A stretch of DNA of 63,742 nucleotides, filler included, from Phoronis australis (Eukaryota; Animalia; Phoronida): NCBI GenBank assembly GCA_002633005.1. It is 8 parts of 8 records of this genome, joined end to end, with 100 filler letters (N's around TTAATTAATTAA, not from the genome) between each part and the next. Parts side by side here need not be neighbours in the genome. Positions count along the whole stretch, not along the records: positions 34,094 to 44,329 come from NMRA01001765.1; positions 44,430 to 50,455 come from NMRA01002241.1; positions 50,556 to 53,116 come from NMRA01003608.1; 5 more parts are not named here. One strand, written 5' to 3'. The notes below the pieces were generated by a model. It was not told the origin of the DNA, did not search any database, and saw only the letters and a list, made by a program, of their open reading frames with translations. Below, piece by piece: positions 37,947 through 51,715 of the stretch (position 1 is the stretch's first letter; each line of letters starts with the position of its first letter). The translations under genes were made by a program, and so were the position numbers.

Positions 37947-39163
37947 GTATCAACATTAACTTGTTGTTAGACATGTGTGCAGGTACTGTGTACGCAGCAG
38001 CTGCTGACAACTGTATTGTCATGGTACATAGCAAAGTAACAATCTGTCATGTTGCGAATAGACTGCGACTTTGAGACTTACATGGACTAGCAACTACACC
38101 ATGAAGTGAGTCATTGGTCCAATTTTAAAGTCCACTTTTTGTGGTATTGCAGTGCGATTTGAAATTTCGAAAGGGGCAGGATAGTTATCAGTGTCACAGT
38201 TTTGCATGGTAAAACTTAAGTTGTTGCCATTTCTAAAAATGGGACTACAGGCTAGAGAATTACAACAATTTGGTACAAAAATGTTGGAGATTTTGACAAG
38301 TTTAGGCAGAATTAAAATGGATATTTGTAGCAATGAAATAGATATTTAGCCACTCAGGTATACATTGACATTTAGTCAATGACAGCTCTGCATTTTCCAA
38401 TTTATTTTGCAAAACTACTGTATACAATTCTGTAAATTAGAAAAATACACTTGTATAACATTTTCAGAGTGCCATCTAGTGGTACCTTTGATGACCCACA
38501 TGTCTTGAGACTTGGGTGTGCGCTAACTTAACCAACGCTGGTTTAAGAGGTTCAAGTAACTTGGCTGTTTATGTCAACGTTCATGTGGTACCAGTGTAAA
38601 GTTGGTACGATAAGGTCTTTTAGCATGCATGTTAATTAGATTAACTTGATTTCCCTAGTCGCCTCACCTTTACGGTCAGGTATGATTTATCTTACCTGTC
38701 ACTGCGCTGACAGGCCAAGGCTTGGTCTTCTGTAAGTTCAATTTCTTTAAGGTTAAACAGCTGTATTCTGACACTTTGTGTTGCCATAGAATGGATTTAA
38801 GTCACTCCAGGTTTATCTCCAGGTTTTATCTTTAAAACATCTGACTTGATTGCAGCACCAACTCACTTATGGAGTCTCAACTGTACAGATGGTTGGCTAT
38901 GCCGTAGGTGTAGGCAGCATGTAACTGAAGGGCGTTTCATGACAATGTGGGTGTTGGCCTGTATGAATCGTTAACTTTGGTCCTCCATTGAATCAAAGTT
39001 AACAGCACGGAAGTTAACTTCACAGTAAACAGGTGATTTTAATAGCACAGCTTCGATTTGGCTTGAACGGTTAACTTTGGTGTTGTCAAAGTTACCGCCA
39101 GGTGTAACTCAGTAATGACATGTTTTTTGTTACATGATATTTTTATCAAGTATAACACTTTAA

Positions 39164-39780
39164 GGTAACTGTAAAGTAGCCTTGTTTACCAGGTTGTACT
39201 TAAATTCTATTAACTCTAACCCCTACAAAGTATTTATTTTCTGAAAGGTGAATAAACTTCCAAACAAAATTTATTCTTCTTATTTATTTTTTCATGAGAT
39301 ATGCGTTTTAGTAAAAAAATTGTTTTTTCTTTGAACAGAGATTTTAAAAATAGTGTTCCTCCAATCATATTGGTCTTTTGTCATCGAGGGAATTGTGTCC
39401 CAGATTTTTAAATAGGTCGTAGTTTTTCTGAACAAAGTATTTAAAAATTAAGAGTGCGCCCGTTTTAAGTGAAAATGCTAAAAACTCAATCATTAAAATT
39501 CTAAGATCTATTTCAAAAATCAGAGACACAGTTCCCTCGACATGTTGACAAAAGACCATTATGATTGGAGGAACAATACTTTTAAAATCTGTTCAAAGTC
39601 AAAAAAATTTTACTAAGAAACATATCTCGTAAAATAATAAAGACAAGTAAATAAGAATAATAAATTGTGTTAGGAAATTTATTCACCTTTCAGAAAATCT
39701 ACACTGTAGGGGTTAGAACTAATGGAATTTAAGGTATTTGCGCATAAGTACAAACTGGTAAACAAGGTTCACAGTAGCAC
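39164..39780. mobile_element. Foldback-type MITE with ~250-bp diverged inverted arms
   Basis: CCTTGTTTACCAG/CTGGTAAACAAGG, TTCTGAAAGGTGAATAAA/TTTATTCACCTTTCAGAA, TGTTCCTCCAATCATA/TATGATTGGAGGAACA. Confidence 0.8.
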
Positions 39781-42397
39781 TTCATTTCATATTAAAGCTC
39801 GACCATATATAATACCAAAAATTTTATGCCTGCACAACGTTTTCAAAGCGTCATTTTGCAATAACTGCCATAACTGACACAATCAAACTGCTATAACTTA
39901 AGTGTCACAAATTGCTAAAGCCCATGTGAAATGTTCAACTATCTTTGAAGTTAACATTGACAATCTTCTCAATGTACTGGAGTTAACATGCTGTCGCTAA
40001 AGGTCGGTTAACATCTCTCCAACTCTGTAGACTTCAGAAACTTATGCAGGTTTGTCGTGATTTGCTGGGGGCAGACAGTGTCTAAAGACTATTGTAGTAG
40101 GGTACTCTAGTAGCAGGTGAATGCTGCTTTAGACTGGCTTCACGCACAGAAATTGTTGAGCTCATAGTTCACATCTTTCCCAAGGGCAATGCAGCTATTT
40201 TTGGAACTTTGTTTAACATTCTCAAACCAAACAAGTTTGTGCTATTTCTGGGGATATAATTACAACAATTATGAAATTAGTGGCACACCATATGTTGACT
40301 GTCAAAGCATTTGTTCTACTAAATATGTAGCTAGCTGAGTTGACGATTATATTTCATGTGTTTTAGTACCTTACCATATGTTGACTTAATGTCTAAACAT
40401 GGCTTCTACTAAACATGTAGCTAGCAATGTTGATGACTAGATATTTTGGGTGTCAGAACCAGTCGTTGCAACAGGATACACATCCGTTTTACATAGTGTT
40501 TTACACTGTTCAGCTATTGTTCCCAGCCTATATTGGCTACAGTTTCTCTTCACTTTGTTATCATCATAATTTTTATGAAAAGCTCATCTTCTATGTTAGT
40601 CTACAGGTGCTTGTCTAGTTTTGTGCACATTTTAGTCGCAGCAGGCTTATTGTTTCGAAATAATGAATTTAAAGACGGTACTTAGAATAATAATCGTTAT
40701 AGGTGGAAAAACTGAAATCATTATTAGGCCTACTGCTTTCTTAATACTAATTAAACTCCATCCGTTTTTGTGGGAGTGACGACCATTTTACAAGGTGCAA
40801 CGTCTCCTCGCACCTCCACAACAACCCAGGTTTGGTGACTAAGGGTCTCTATCCATTCCAGTCTGATAGCAGTTGGTTGCATTTCCATTCACAGTAGTAT
40901 CTAAATTGTACACCAGGGGGCAGTATCTGTCCAGCAATCACCTCTTCAGTACTTTGGAACAGTAGTTTGGTGAGGTCTCTCTAACTACAGTCCACATTTC
41001 AATCTTCACATTCACAATCAATTAAGTCCCTTGCTGCTAATCATGTTGTATTTCATATCAATCAATCAAACCTGCATTTCACCTTGTTTAGCTAGCTAAA
41101 AAATTAAAATCCTATTCCAAATAGGCCTTTTACTCTCATAAAATTGGTCTCGACTTAAATTGCTTACCATGACGGGATGGTATTTCCAACAAGAACATTA
41201 AAACCATCAGCGACTCGAAGTAAACGCTTCAGAGTTTATTGAAGTTGGCCAGCCCTAAAATTGCGAATTTCAGAATGGCACATGTACGAATTGCTTTGAC
41301 TTAACTTTTGCCTTATCTACAATTCTACAAGATCAAGTGATAGTGGTAATGTTTTTAAAGCTCAGAATGCTTTGGTTTAAGAATTCAATTTTGACCAACG
41401 AAAAAGTGTGGGTATGGAGGATTTGCACATTTAGTTTAATTAAAGTGGCTATTTACGGGCATTCTGTCCAAGTAGGGAACTTTTGATTTAGTCCACTTTC
41501 ATTACTGCTTCACAATTGGTCTCAAGTTGTTCCTTAATCCGATGAGAAGTACCTGTAATATATTGTTTTGCAGAGAACTGACAATTCATTATTGTTTGAG
41601 ACCAATATTGCTTAGCATATAAAATGACAGGACATGACAAACCAACTTGTACTGCCTAGTCTCAAGCAATAAGTCTCACTTCTTTCGAAGCACTTAAATA
41701 ACTAATTTGAGTGGTGAGGAACAATCACGGTAAATTGTTTAAATCAAGGATTGGTTTTTGTGATGCTAGATGGGTTAATGCAGCCACTTTCATAAAGACA
41801 TAGTGAAGCTCCTTCATGTATTTTACACTGCAACAGACTTATGTTTTGCTAAGGATTAACTTGGTATTTAAACAGAATGGTTCATTCCCTTGTTGCCACC
41901 ATTGGCTGATAAATAAGATATAGATTTGCATTTTTTTTGTTGAATTTACTATAATCTTGCACATTAAAGTGCAATTTTCCAGTGACACTGATATATTACA
42001 TCTAGTAACTTGAGCGTGTTATATCTATCCATATTCAGTAGCTGGATTCCAAGAATCATTTTTTAATATTTAACTATTGGACTTTGGTAAGAGTTGCAAT
42101 TACAATTTAGCTCCACCCATGAGACCTGTATGTATTGTCAAATTCACGCTTGACAATGTAAAATGGGCAGTTGTAGCAAAAGGCAAATTTGAACAGTGAG
42201 GTTGACTTTTTAAGTACGGCATGGCATAAATATAGGTTATTGAATGGTTCTGGGGTTATCAAACATATTGTGAGGAATGAGATGGTTTTTAGAAAAAATA
42301 TCACTTGAAACCATTCAATAACCTATTTATCCCTCAATTCTCTGTGATATATATAACACTTGCTGTCTGGTAGAAACCTTTATTTCCTTCATGTTGA

Positions 42398-42550
42398 CAG
42401 TGGCGGATTTAGAAGGGGGTCATGCCCCCCCCCCCTAAAATTCTCCTAGATTCCATTTGGCAGATTGGGGGTGTGAATGTCTGACAAGCAAAATCTTGGC
42501 TAATACTCTGCCTTGGACCCTCCCTAACTAAAATCCTGGATCGGCCCCTG
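42398..42550. mobile_element. 153-bp MITE with GTTGA flanking duplication; related copy at ~54959-55105
   Basis: CAGTGGCGGAT...GGATCGGCCCCTG; GTTGA at 42393-42397 and 42551-42555. Confidence 0.72.
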
Positions 42551-44151
42551 GTTGATGCTTTTGAAACTACCTGGATGATGTCGTGGGTCATCAGGTCAAC
42601 ACTAATGACAACAATATTTGTCCTTTGCTATGTCAAAATGGCTTATAAATTCAGTGAAGGAAGTTTGCCAAGATTTGATGTTGTTTTAACGGAGGGAATA
42701 TTGTTTTTTAAAGTTTGATTGTTTCGCATACATTGATAAATAAATGTTTGAAAGTTCCCTTTTTACATCAAGTCATGTTACACTCAAGTAATACCTCTCA
42801 GACATTGAGTGTCCTTGCGCACGACTTGTTCATGTACATTTTTTCAACTCTGCTTGTAATGCGCGTGCCATGGCTTAAAGTGGTAATGTGGGCGCTTGCA
42901 AATTCAGAGACTGAAGTTCAAATCCCTCACAAGCAAAGTTTCGAATTTCCCACCAAATCGATATATCACTCCGTGACATAACTAAAATGTTTATTAAATG
43001 GTCATATCTCTAGAAAAATCACTATAAGCGAGGGTTAAAGTAATATTATTTTATGGTAGATCTTCCTGAATAGTGCTAATCAGAAAGCTATTTGTTCTCA
43101 ACTCAGAATGTTTTGGAAAGGGATTTTGATAAAACTTCCCTGAGAAGCTTAGAGTTGAGAAGCCATCGATTTTTGAGCAGATACCAAGGTTTGCAGTAAT
43201 GCAAAGGTTCTTAAAACAATCTACTTTTGATTTTATATCAAAACAAAATTCTTATTAAGGCAATTCTTAGCCGTCTATGCACATCTATGCTTTCTGCGTT
43301 AATGACTGCCAGTCAGCATATTATCCTTTGATTACACACTTTTTATGATATAAGGTGATGGGAGAGGGGGGGGGGGGCTGTAGTGCCTTAAAGAAAGTTT
43401 GCACTGACTAGTGTTTTGTATTTTGTGGTTATCTAAAGCAAATGTTATGTTAGAACCCAAATGCCATAAAAAGATTTTCAAGTACAGTAACAACTCTAGA
43501 TGAGATCTCTAGTAGTTCACAAAAAGTTCTGAAAAGTGTTACTGTAGCAACAGCCAATGAAATATGAATAACTTATCGCCACAACAGCGGTCAGTGCTAA
43601 CAGTGACTCAGACCAATTTGCTGTTGGTGAGGTTTTAAAAACTTCATAATATGTCCAATAATTGATTGTAGCAGTTACAAACAGCTGTCAACAACATATC
43701 AATCTGTAATTTGCAAGAAATCAGTGATAAACAGTGACACTCCCATCTCAGTCCCTGGCAAAGACACCGAAGATAGAAACAGAAGTTTACTGTGATCCTA
43801 GCTCTGAAAATAAATGTACAAGTCCCCTATTAAGTTTTTATGTACAGTACCTACCACCTTTGACCTAATTCAATGAATCGAAACATTTACTATTCTTTTT
43901 TGCTACTAGTACTTTTGTATGAGGTCACATTGATAGTGTCCATGCTATCTGAACCTTGTCGATAATAGTAAAATATGGGAAGTCTTTATCAGCCACGCTG
44001 TAGGAACTGTTTGAACTTGATTCAGAAAATGAAAGTGCTCTGCAGAGCGACACTCACTGAAATTGAACCATAACGAGAAAAAATCTGCCGTGCTTGGTGG
44101 ATAAATACTCAAAAACGTCACACTTTACAAAGAATTGGGTCCAGACTCCCA

Positions 44152-44329
44152 CACAGTGTGGCTCAGTGGTTTGGGCTCAGGACTCCTGTTTGGGAGACCT
44201 TGTGTTCGAATCCTGGCTTCACTGGCTGACCATCGACTACTATGCAAAGGTGTCTCCGACTCCTCTGAGCTCGGTCTTACTAATGAATGTATGCAAGGGA
44301 ATGAATGAGAACCTGAATATAATGCGAAA
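44152..44329 (+). mobile_element. tRNA-derived SINE, truncated by linker
   Basis: A box TGGCTCAGTGG (44159-44169), B box GTTCGAATCC (44204-44213), non-tRNA body, no good acceptor stem. Confidence 0.7.
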
Positions 44330-47319
44330 NNNNNNNNNNNNNNNNNNNNNNNNNNNNNNNNNNNNNNNNNNNNTTAATTAATTAANNNNNNNNNNNNNNN
44401 NNNNNNNNNNNNNNNNNNNNNNNNNNNNNGAAAATTCCTCTCTTTTTAAGCTATCACAAAACACAATGATCATTCACATTGCCATTATATTATTCAACTG
44501 AGAAGAGATATATCATCGACAAGATTGTCTGACATGCATATCCAATTTTCGCGCCGGCGTAGCTCCGTTTGAGGTAAAGTTGTAGATTGAACAACACGCA
44601 AGGAACACGAGATGACATAAATGTTACAGATAATTCACCTTTCACCATAATTGAGTATGAATACACTCTGAATATGCCGCATCACCTTGTAAGCTAATTT
44701 CACTCCGCCGATTTCACCGATGGCATCTTGGGCTATCTGGGATACGCGAAGGGTCACGTGCTGTAAAACACCAGTTTCAGTTTATTCAAAGAACGCCTTC
44801 ACTTGGTGTCAATTGCCGTGCAGCTTGCAGTAACTTTGGGACTGTGGATGCTTGATTTTGTCAATTCAAATCAAAGTCTGCATAATGTGAAAACATGCAT
44901 ACTTAATCCAGCGTTTTCGAATTGGACGGTTGCAGGCATTATGCGATTACTTAGACTTTAAAAATCTAATGCTTGTGCAATGTATAGCATTGATGTGTCG
45001 AGCCCTATTTTGTGCACTTTTAACTTTCCACGCCATGAGCGCTGCATCTCAATAATCGCATTTTGGTCTGGCCAGAGACCTGTCTATTCGTCTTTGGTCT
45101 GGCCCAGCAGTTTTGCACTTGCTAATTTGACATTCATCATGATTTATTGAGTAATGTTAAAAAGGAGAAGATTCGTTTAAAGCTAACACTAGAAATGTGT
45201 AGAAGTTACTCTGTCAGATTTCAATTACTCACAGTTGCATGTACACTACAACTGAAAAAACCGTTTTTGGCACCTATCAGATGCTTGTGAGTGAAGGCCA
45301 ATAAATGAAAGTTACCGGCATGGTGCGCTGACTGCTCGGAATAAGAAGATTCCACGACTGATTCCTGTAAAACGCCTCCATGCAGCTTTTCAGTGAAGTA
45401 TAACCCTGTAAAGTGGCTTTTGACCACCAGGGGTCGACTGTTCCAGACTTTGAATAATACCGCCCTGCAACAGTGTCATAAATAAATCAGTCGCAATGCG
45501 ACTGGAACTCAAACCAGCGCAAAAAGCTTGAGCCGCCTTTCAAAAAACAACTATTGTTTTCATCAGGTCTAGTGATGTGATCAAAAAGATGGCGGATTGA
45601 ACGGGATAAACTACTTGCAACTGGTTTCACATTGTTAGTTACTTAGATTAGAAACGTTCCTAGTTCATTACTGCCTCACGCCATGTTTATCGTCGCGGCG
45701 GGTCAGTCTCGATTGACAAGATAATGCGATAGTGACGAGAAAATAATTCCAATCGAAACGAAGAATGTTACTATGGGAGCCAGATTAGGTCTAGCTAAGG
45801 GTGGCGGATAGCTACCGACGCAGAGCGTCAGAAAACTCTGATGCTACAGTCGTTTTTGATCAAACCCAGACACTTAGGAGAGCACCAAATGTCAATTTTG
45901 ACGCTCACGGAACGAGTGCATCACTCGGGTCTACAAGGCTGGTCCGGTTCTCATCGTTTCCAGGGGAACACTTGTCAAGTGGACATAAATCAATGATGTG
46001 CTTTGCTAAATGTCTTTTCTGGCACACGTTCACACCTATATCTCGATTCAACCCATCTTTACATGTGTACAGAACGATTGGAAGATGCTGGATATTTGGT
46101 GGCTGATGGCGTGAGGAATTTGTGAACGTTTAGGGGAAACAGTTGGTAGCGACTGCGCTACAAAGCTTTGCAATCTCTACTAAGAAGCTGAAATTAAAAG
46201 CAATGTGCCCATTTGCTATCACTTCAAGCGAATAATATCTCATCAACTATTTATCAATTACAACAAAATTCCAAAACCAAATACAATCAGTCATAAAAAG
46301 TATATGTTATTCCCAAATTGCCATGTCCAAAAGAGTTGCAACTTTTTCAGCAAAGACTTTAGTAAGAAGAAAATGTTCAAATGTATATAAATTTATACTT
46401 ATACAAAAGTCACAATAGATGGCGCTCTGATGTGCTGTAAAAAGTAGGAAAGTAAATATTCCTTATTTCAAAAATGCACGAAAATCTTTTCGCTTGCATA
46501 TGCCATCATATCTACAAAACATATTCATAAATACTAGAAAATAGGGATTGAAGGTAATTGAAATCGGGTTTGCAATTTTGAACCCCCAATCGCACTCCTC
46601 GTTCCATTAATGACACTTTAACAAATTTATTCTGGTTGCAATAGGATATAAATGTGTTATGTCTCTTTCTTATTTCCATCCAAAGTTACGATTTTTATTA
46701 TAAAAGACATTTTTGTGTTTTCCCGTTTCTATAGAACAGGTGTGAAGCGCAAAAAATTGACAAGCTGTTTCTGGCATCAATCACTTTCTGATGCACCGGG
46801 ACAATCGCCAACTGCCGTCACCACCAGTGGTTGAAGTATTTTTTTCCCCGTATAGATACCAAATTATAAGAACGAAACTACGTTGTCTCAGACCTGTTTA
46901 TACGCCTGAGAAGAAAGATGACGCCCTTGACATGAGAGATAGCGGTTTTCAATTTATTCTTAAATTATAAATATCGCATTACTCAACAACTGATAAAAGT
47001 GCGTCATATGAATACCTGTCACTTTAAAATGATCCCCTTGATTTTATGTTTAATTACAAAGATACAACATGTATGTATAATGATTTTTTTTTCATGTCAT
47101 ACCCTACCCAAGTTGAAGGCTAACGACAAAACCTTTGTGTTTTGTCTGTCGAAATCCTTTAAAACAGGGAAAATTGCCTCAGGTTTTGGTTACAGCATTA
47201 AAACGAAAATCACTTTGAAACTTTTTGTTAACGTTGCAAACTTTGGAGAAAACGAGTGCTTTCTAACAATTGCACGTAAACAGTAACCTCCGACACTTTT
47301 GTTGGCCTACAGACAATAC

Positions 47320-47602
47320 CTGTTTCGTCAACCGAGTGAATCAGTTCACGCGCGATGGTGCTTCCCAAGGCTCCATAGTTGAAGAAGTACGGTAGATCAT
47401 CTTCGTAGGCGGGGACTTGAAGTATTCCAGCTGGGACCACCAACTGATTCCATTCATAGTCGTACTTGACTTTCGCATCATAAGGTCTAAGTTTCCACTC
47501 CACGCGGTTGATAGTCTGATGGAGTTGTTGGTTCCATAGCGACCTCTCAAACTGTTTCAATTGCAGAACATTGTGAAAGAATTCGTCGCGCTTGATAGTC
47601 AG
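47320..47602 (-). CDS. M13 homologue exon carrying degenerate zinc motif (RELIH)
   Basis: NQLVVPAGILQVP..PYFFNYGALGSTIARELIHSVD. Confidence 0.92.
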
Positions 47603-47817
47603 CTGAAAAAAGATTCCAGAAATCTCGACATCGTCATTCATGATTACCCAAGATAACGTGCCGCACTTTGATATTCATTAAAAATAATTTATAGACAGTG
47701 GATCACACGCTCCTTACATGTACAAATAACTGTTTCAGCACAATGTACCGCAGCAATAAGAAATGCTCACTATCAAACAGGCTAGGCCCACTTATGTCTA
47801 ACAAATTTGTTGCTCAC

Positions 47818-47994
47818 GTCTTTGTAGATATCGTTCACGTAATCCTCACGCAGTAGACGTTCTGGGAAGCGCACTTTATCCAACACTGTGTCTAGTTTTT
47901 GCCAGGCCCTCATCTTTGTTTCATCGTCCATCCACTTTAGAGAAATAATTGATTGCTTAAAGGAGGATTTCAGTCTCGAGATCATCTCATGAAT
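47818..47994 (-). CDS. M13 homologue exon
   Basis: IHEMISRLKSSF..LKWMDDETKMRAWQKL. Confidence 0.9.
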
Positions 47995-48384
47995 CTGAAG
48001 TAAAAAAAATCCTCAGCTCACCTTTATGCACGTAGATGTTTAACGTTAATAAAGTAACTTATTCTCATGAGCGCTAGAGCTCATCATTATGCGCACAAAA
48101 ATCACCACAAGGCGAGCAGCAGCTCAGAATTATAACGCCTTAACTTATCAGAATGTGTGTCCCAATCTCATAACGGTAAGGCAATTATTATCCAGATTAA
48201 AAATATCGAAGTATTGTAGCTATCTTAAATAAAAGTATTAAAGTATTGAAATACATTAACAAAATTAAATTGACGAATATCCGTCGGAGTAATTAACCAG
48301 CCGTCAGGTGTTAATTGAAAAGCGTCACTGAGGAAGAAGTGTGGTCACGTGATGTTAACAAAAATCTGCCAGTGACAAACAGCC

Positions 48385-48520
48385 AGCCGTCCAGTAACGC
48401 TAAATCTTCCTTAAAAGCAAGATTGGCGTGAGATATAGCCGTGTATTTTAAATGAGAACGTGTGATTTTGGCTAGATTTTAGCAAGGTCCAAGTATAGGT
48501 CCTAGCGCGTTACTGAGCTT
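48385..48520. mobile_element. Diverged copy of the 1821-1959 MITE in an M13 intron
   Basis: Shared CAGTAACGCTA, AAAAGCAAGA, GTGAGATAT, CCGTGTATTTTAA and CTAGATTTTAGC blocks. Confidence 0.65.
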
Positions 48521-49383
48521 GACCTAGTTCTGTATAAGACAAATGTGAGCGTGAGCCGATTTAAAGACTTTATTGGACTTGTCTGTCTGTATTAGACAAC
48601 AAATATCTCTATGGTATAAATAGAGGAGTAGAGTTAATTGAGTTTCCAAAACGGACAAGACACAGCAATTCCGGGAAAATGTTGTGGGTCGACTTTAGCG
48701 TCCCAGTGTCTACACGACCATACAGTGGTGAACAGTCTCCTTACCAAAGATGTGAAGTGTAAATAAACTTCCAATAATGACACGCAACTACATGTATGTC
48801 TGATCTCTACGTAGAATAGTTTGGGCAATATTACCCGGTCACTAGCGTCACTGGGGATATTTCAAGGCTGTGTTCCTTTGCAACATTGTTTGTAAGGACA
48901 TTTCCTCTTTTACTTTTCCTTTGCAACCAAGCAGAAAGCGCAAACTTGTTCCAATTTTTGTGAAGTTAACACATTTTTGGTGACCTTCCTCTTAAGTTTC
49001 ACGGAGTATATTCAAGAATTGGTTGGGCATTTTAGATTCAACTGTTCACGAATCTTCTCAAACCTTGCGCAGAAAGCCCAAAAGCAACCCGTGAAAATTT
49101 CGTAAATGTTAAAACAAAAATTCAAGACGTGGTAAGCAATATCATGTATTAGTTCTTCAGTGAGCGTGGTCTATCTTTTTACGGATACCCGAAATTTTGT
49201 GGGCGGTTTTTGTCCCGTGGCTGAAATTCCCTATAGTCTACTACTTAGGGGCTTGGATTGAAAAGACATCTTCACATGGAAAAGGTATTTGTGTTAAAAA
49301 CACGGATGGTCAATTTCAAACTTCCAATTCATCGAAACTTATTTGAATGCTAAATACCAATAGAAAGGTCCTCGTATTAATAC

Positions 49384-49615
49384 CGGATGTCTGTTTCGTT
49401 GTCCTCTGCTTTGAGAATAGTGCCGTACAAACAAAGCGCTGACAGCGTCCTCCATCTGGGCAGAAACAAAGTTGAAGCATGTTGTCCACAGCGGTGGAAA
49501 TTCTGATGTTTGACGTAAAATGCCATCGAATTCTCTTTTGGCATGAACGTACTCCCACGACAAATACTCCAAATAGGAATGCATCAAACGCCAGGCCAAA
49601 TAATTGTGGATTTCT
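49384..49615 (-). CDS. M13 homologue exon
   Basis: EIHNYLAWRL..LWTTCF..AVSALFV, matching the M13 NYxxWR and WxxC motifs. Confidence 0.85.
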
Positions 49616-50378
49616 CTGTGAAAAAAGATTCATACATGTTTTCATTTACGTTGATATTAAGAATGATTCGCGATGCAAAAGTGACAGTTCGTCCAACTGT
49701 TTCCATTTCGATAAATCTCAATATAAACACTCTGTCGCTGACCCTCAGATGCAAAAGACCCGTACAAGGGCTTCATAATCCTCGGAATACAGGGTCTATG
49801 GAACTTAAAACTCACTACATATGCTGTAAATTACTTATCCTGGCTTTCGATTCAAGCTACAGGCACCTAGGATCAGCGCAGACTGATGTCTGTCTACGAG
49901 CTGAGGTGCCAGCCGCATGCGCACCATTGCGGAGCTGCCAACAGGCGCCAGGCGGGGTACACCGCAGCAAATGAATGAACTAGCCGCTAGTTTATTGAAT
50001 TGTTATCACCTGGGCATGAGCTATGGGCTCAGCCATTGTTCACTTGACAGCCAAGTCGTAACTATGACAATTTTACTATAGCCCATTTCAGAAAAAATAT
50101 TGGTGCCAAAATGTTTTTTAAGCTTAAAAGGTTAAACGGGACTTTCATGAAACGGTCCTCTTCACCCCGAGTGCAAGAGTTTGCAACCGTAATCAAAGAA
50201 AAGGTTCTCTTCTGCAAACAACTGCAAGAAACTCACTGCCCTACGTGCCTAGCCAGCGCGTGCTGGCTACCCGACCACCTAGTGGCACGCAGAGAACCAG
50301 AGAGCTGCAAGATGATACTATGTTCAATGAGATAAATATAAGTATATAGCTCATTGACAATGTTACCCCGTATGTTAC

Positions 50379-50455
50379 CTTCCACTGTTGCTGTCCTGAA
50401 GAGAGTCATTAATTAGGAGCGCCACCTGTTGAAGATATTCCGTTGACGCTACTAT
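50379..50455 (-). CDS. M13 (neprilysin/ECE-like) homologue exon, 5'-truncated by linker
   Basis: IVASTEYLQQVALLIN; phase-2 donor matches next exon. Confidence 0.78.
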
Positions 50456-50555
50456 NNNNNNNNNNNNNNNNNNNNNNNNNNNNNNNNNNNNNNNNNNNNT
50501 TAATTAATTAANNNNNNNNNNNNNNNNNNNNNNNNNNNNNNNNNNNNNNNNNNNN

Positions 50556-50631
50556 GTGACTACTAAACCAGAAAGGTTATATAAGTGACTACTAAACCAG
50601 AAAGGTTATATAAGTGACTACTAAACCAGAA
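50556..50631. repeat. 29-bp tandem repeat at contig start
   Basis: GTGACTACTAAACCAGAAAGGTTATATAA. Confidence 0.88.
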
Positions 50632-51715
50632 GGGAAATAAGTTCAATGATTCAAAGGATTTCTATCCTATCAAGACAAAACATTTAAAATATGGATCCGT
50701 CACAATTACCGTGAAGAATTCAGTCTGGCACTTATACCAAATTATACATCTTCATACATTAATTAGATCTTCGGTGCCATTTGATACCGTTCTTCAGGAA
50801 GAAATTTGGATGCATTGACATTTACAAAAATGCAGCAAACTACCTATCCGAAATTTGCAGATGATGCTCTCTGATAGATAAAAATGGGCGAACATTTATT
50901 GTGTAGTTTTGACATGTATTGTGCGTAGATCACTACATAGGTTGCAGTATATGACTTTTCATAGTAGTTTGTAAATAAACTCATTTCTTCAGAAAGTAAA
51001 AGTATTGATCCGGATGCATGCACTACGTGTTACCGTAGACAAGAGACATTGAAACACATTCTTACGATTGCTATGTTACCAAAGAAGGTGGACCCTGGAA
51101 AATAACAATATTCATGACAACGAGACAATGTTATTTTGAACAGCTGTTGCATAGCTGTAAACATTCTAGAATGAAAAAACGGGACAACAAGATTGAAAAG
51201 CTGCGCTTTTGGATGAAAAGCGAGACATCTGGATCTATGCCAAAACGCAAGGGTGAAATGTCCGCAGCAACACACACAAACGTGGCGACAGCGTTTTTTA
51301 TCGAACGGAAGAGGTAACACGCAAAAGTTCCTGACGGCGATTTTAAGTCGAATGGGAGATTGCGGGTGCCACTAAATCCCATGAAACTTCCGCTTTTTCT
51401 TTGTAATCGAACGGGAAAATAGGGGTCTATCGCGTATGTATGAAAATCTGTCAATTTCACCGTCAGTCAAGAAACAGGACATTTTGATGGTTTCGGGCGG
51501 GATGGAGGCGGGGAAAAATTCAAAAAGTGGGATAGTCCGCCAAAAGCGGGACAGTTGGCAAGTACAATGTACACTGTTAGTAACAAAGCGCTGCATTTGA
51601 TTCTTAAAACTTTCCACTTATTTAAAGGCGACATTCATTCCTCAGGAGTGGAATTAACAGGTATTTGGTCAACAGGTAAACATGACACAAATGAATTATT
51701 ATAGTGGAAAACAGT

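Noticed and set aside
44152-44230. Functional tRNA gene (also degenerate head at ~42865-42930)
   Set aside because: A/B boxes present but no convincing cloverleaf; SINE more likely
45500-45700. Housekeeping promoter (AAGATGGCG YY1-like; similar at ~13057)
   Set aside because: Short motifs only; no linked first exon identified
46730-46910. Next M13 exon candidate containing TGG TGG
   Set aside because: Stop immediately after the acceptor in the required phase; no match to the expected sequence
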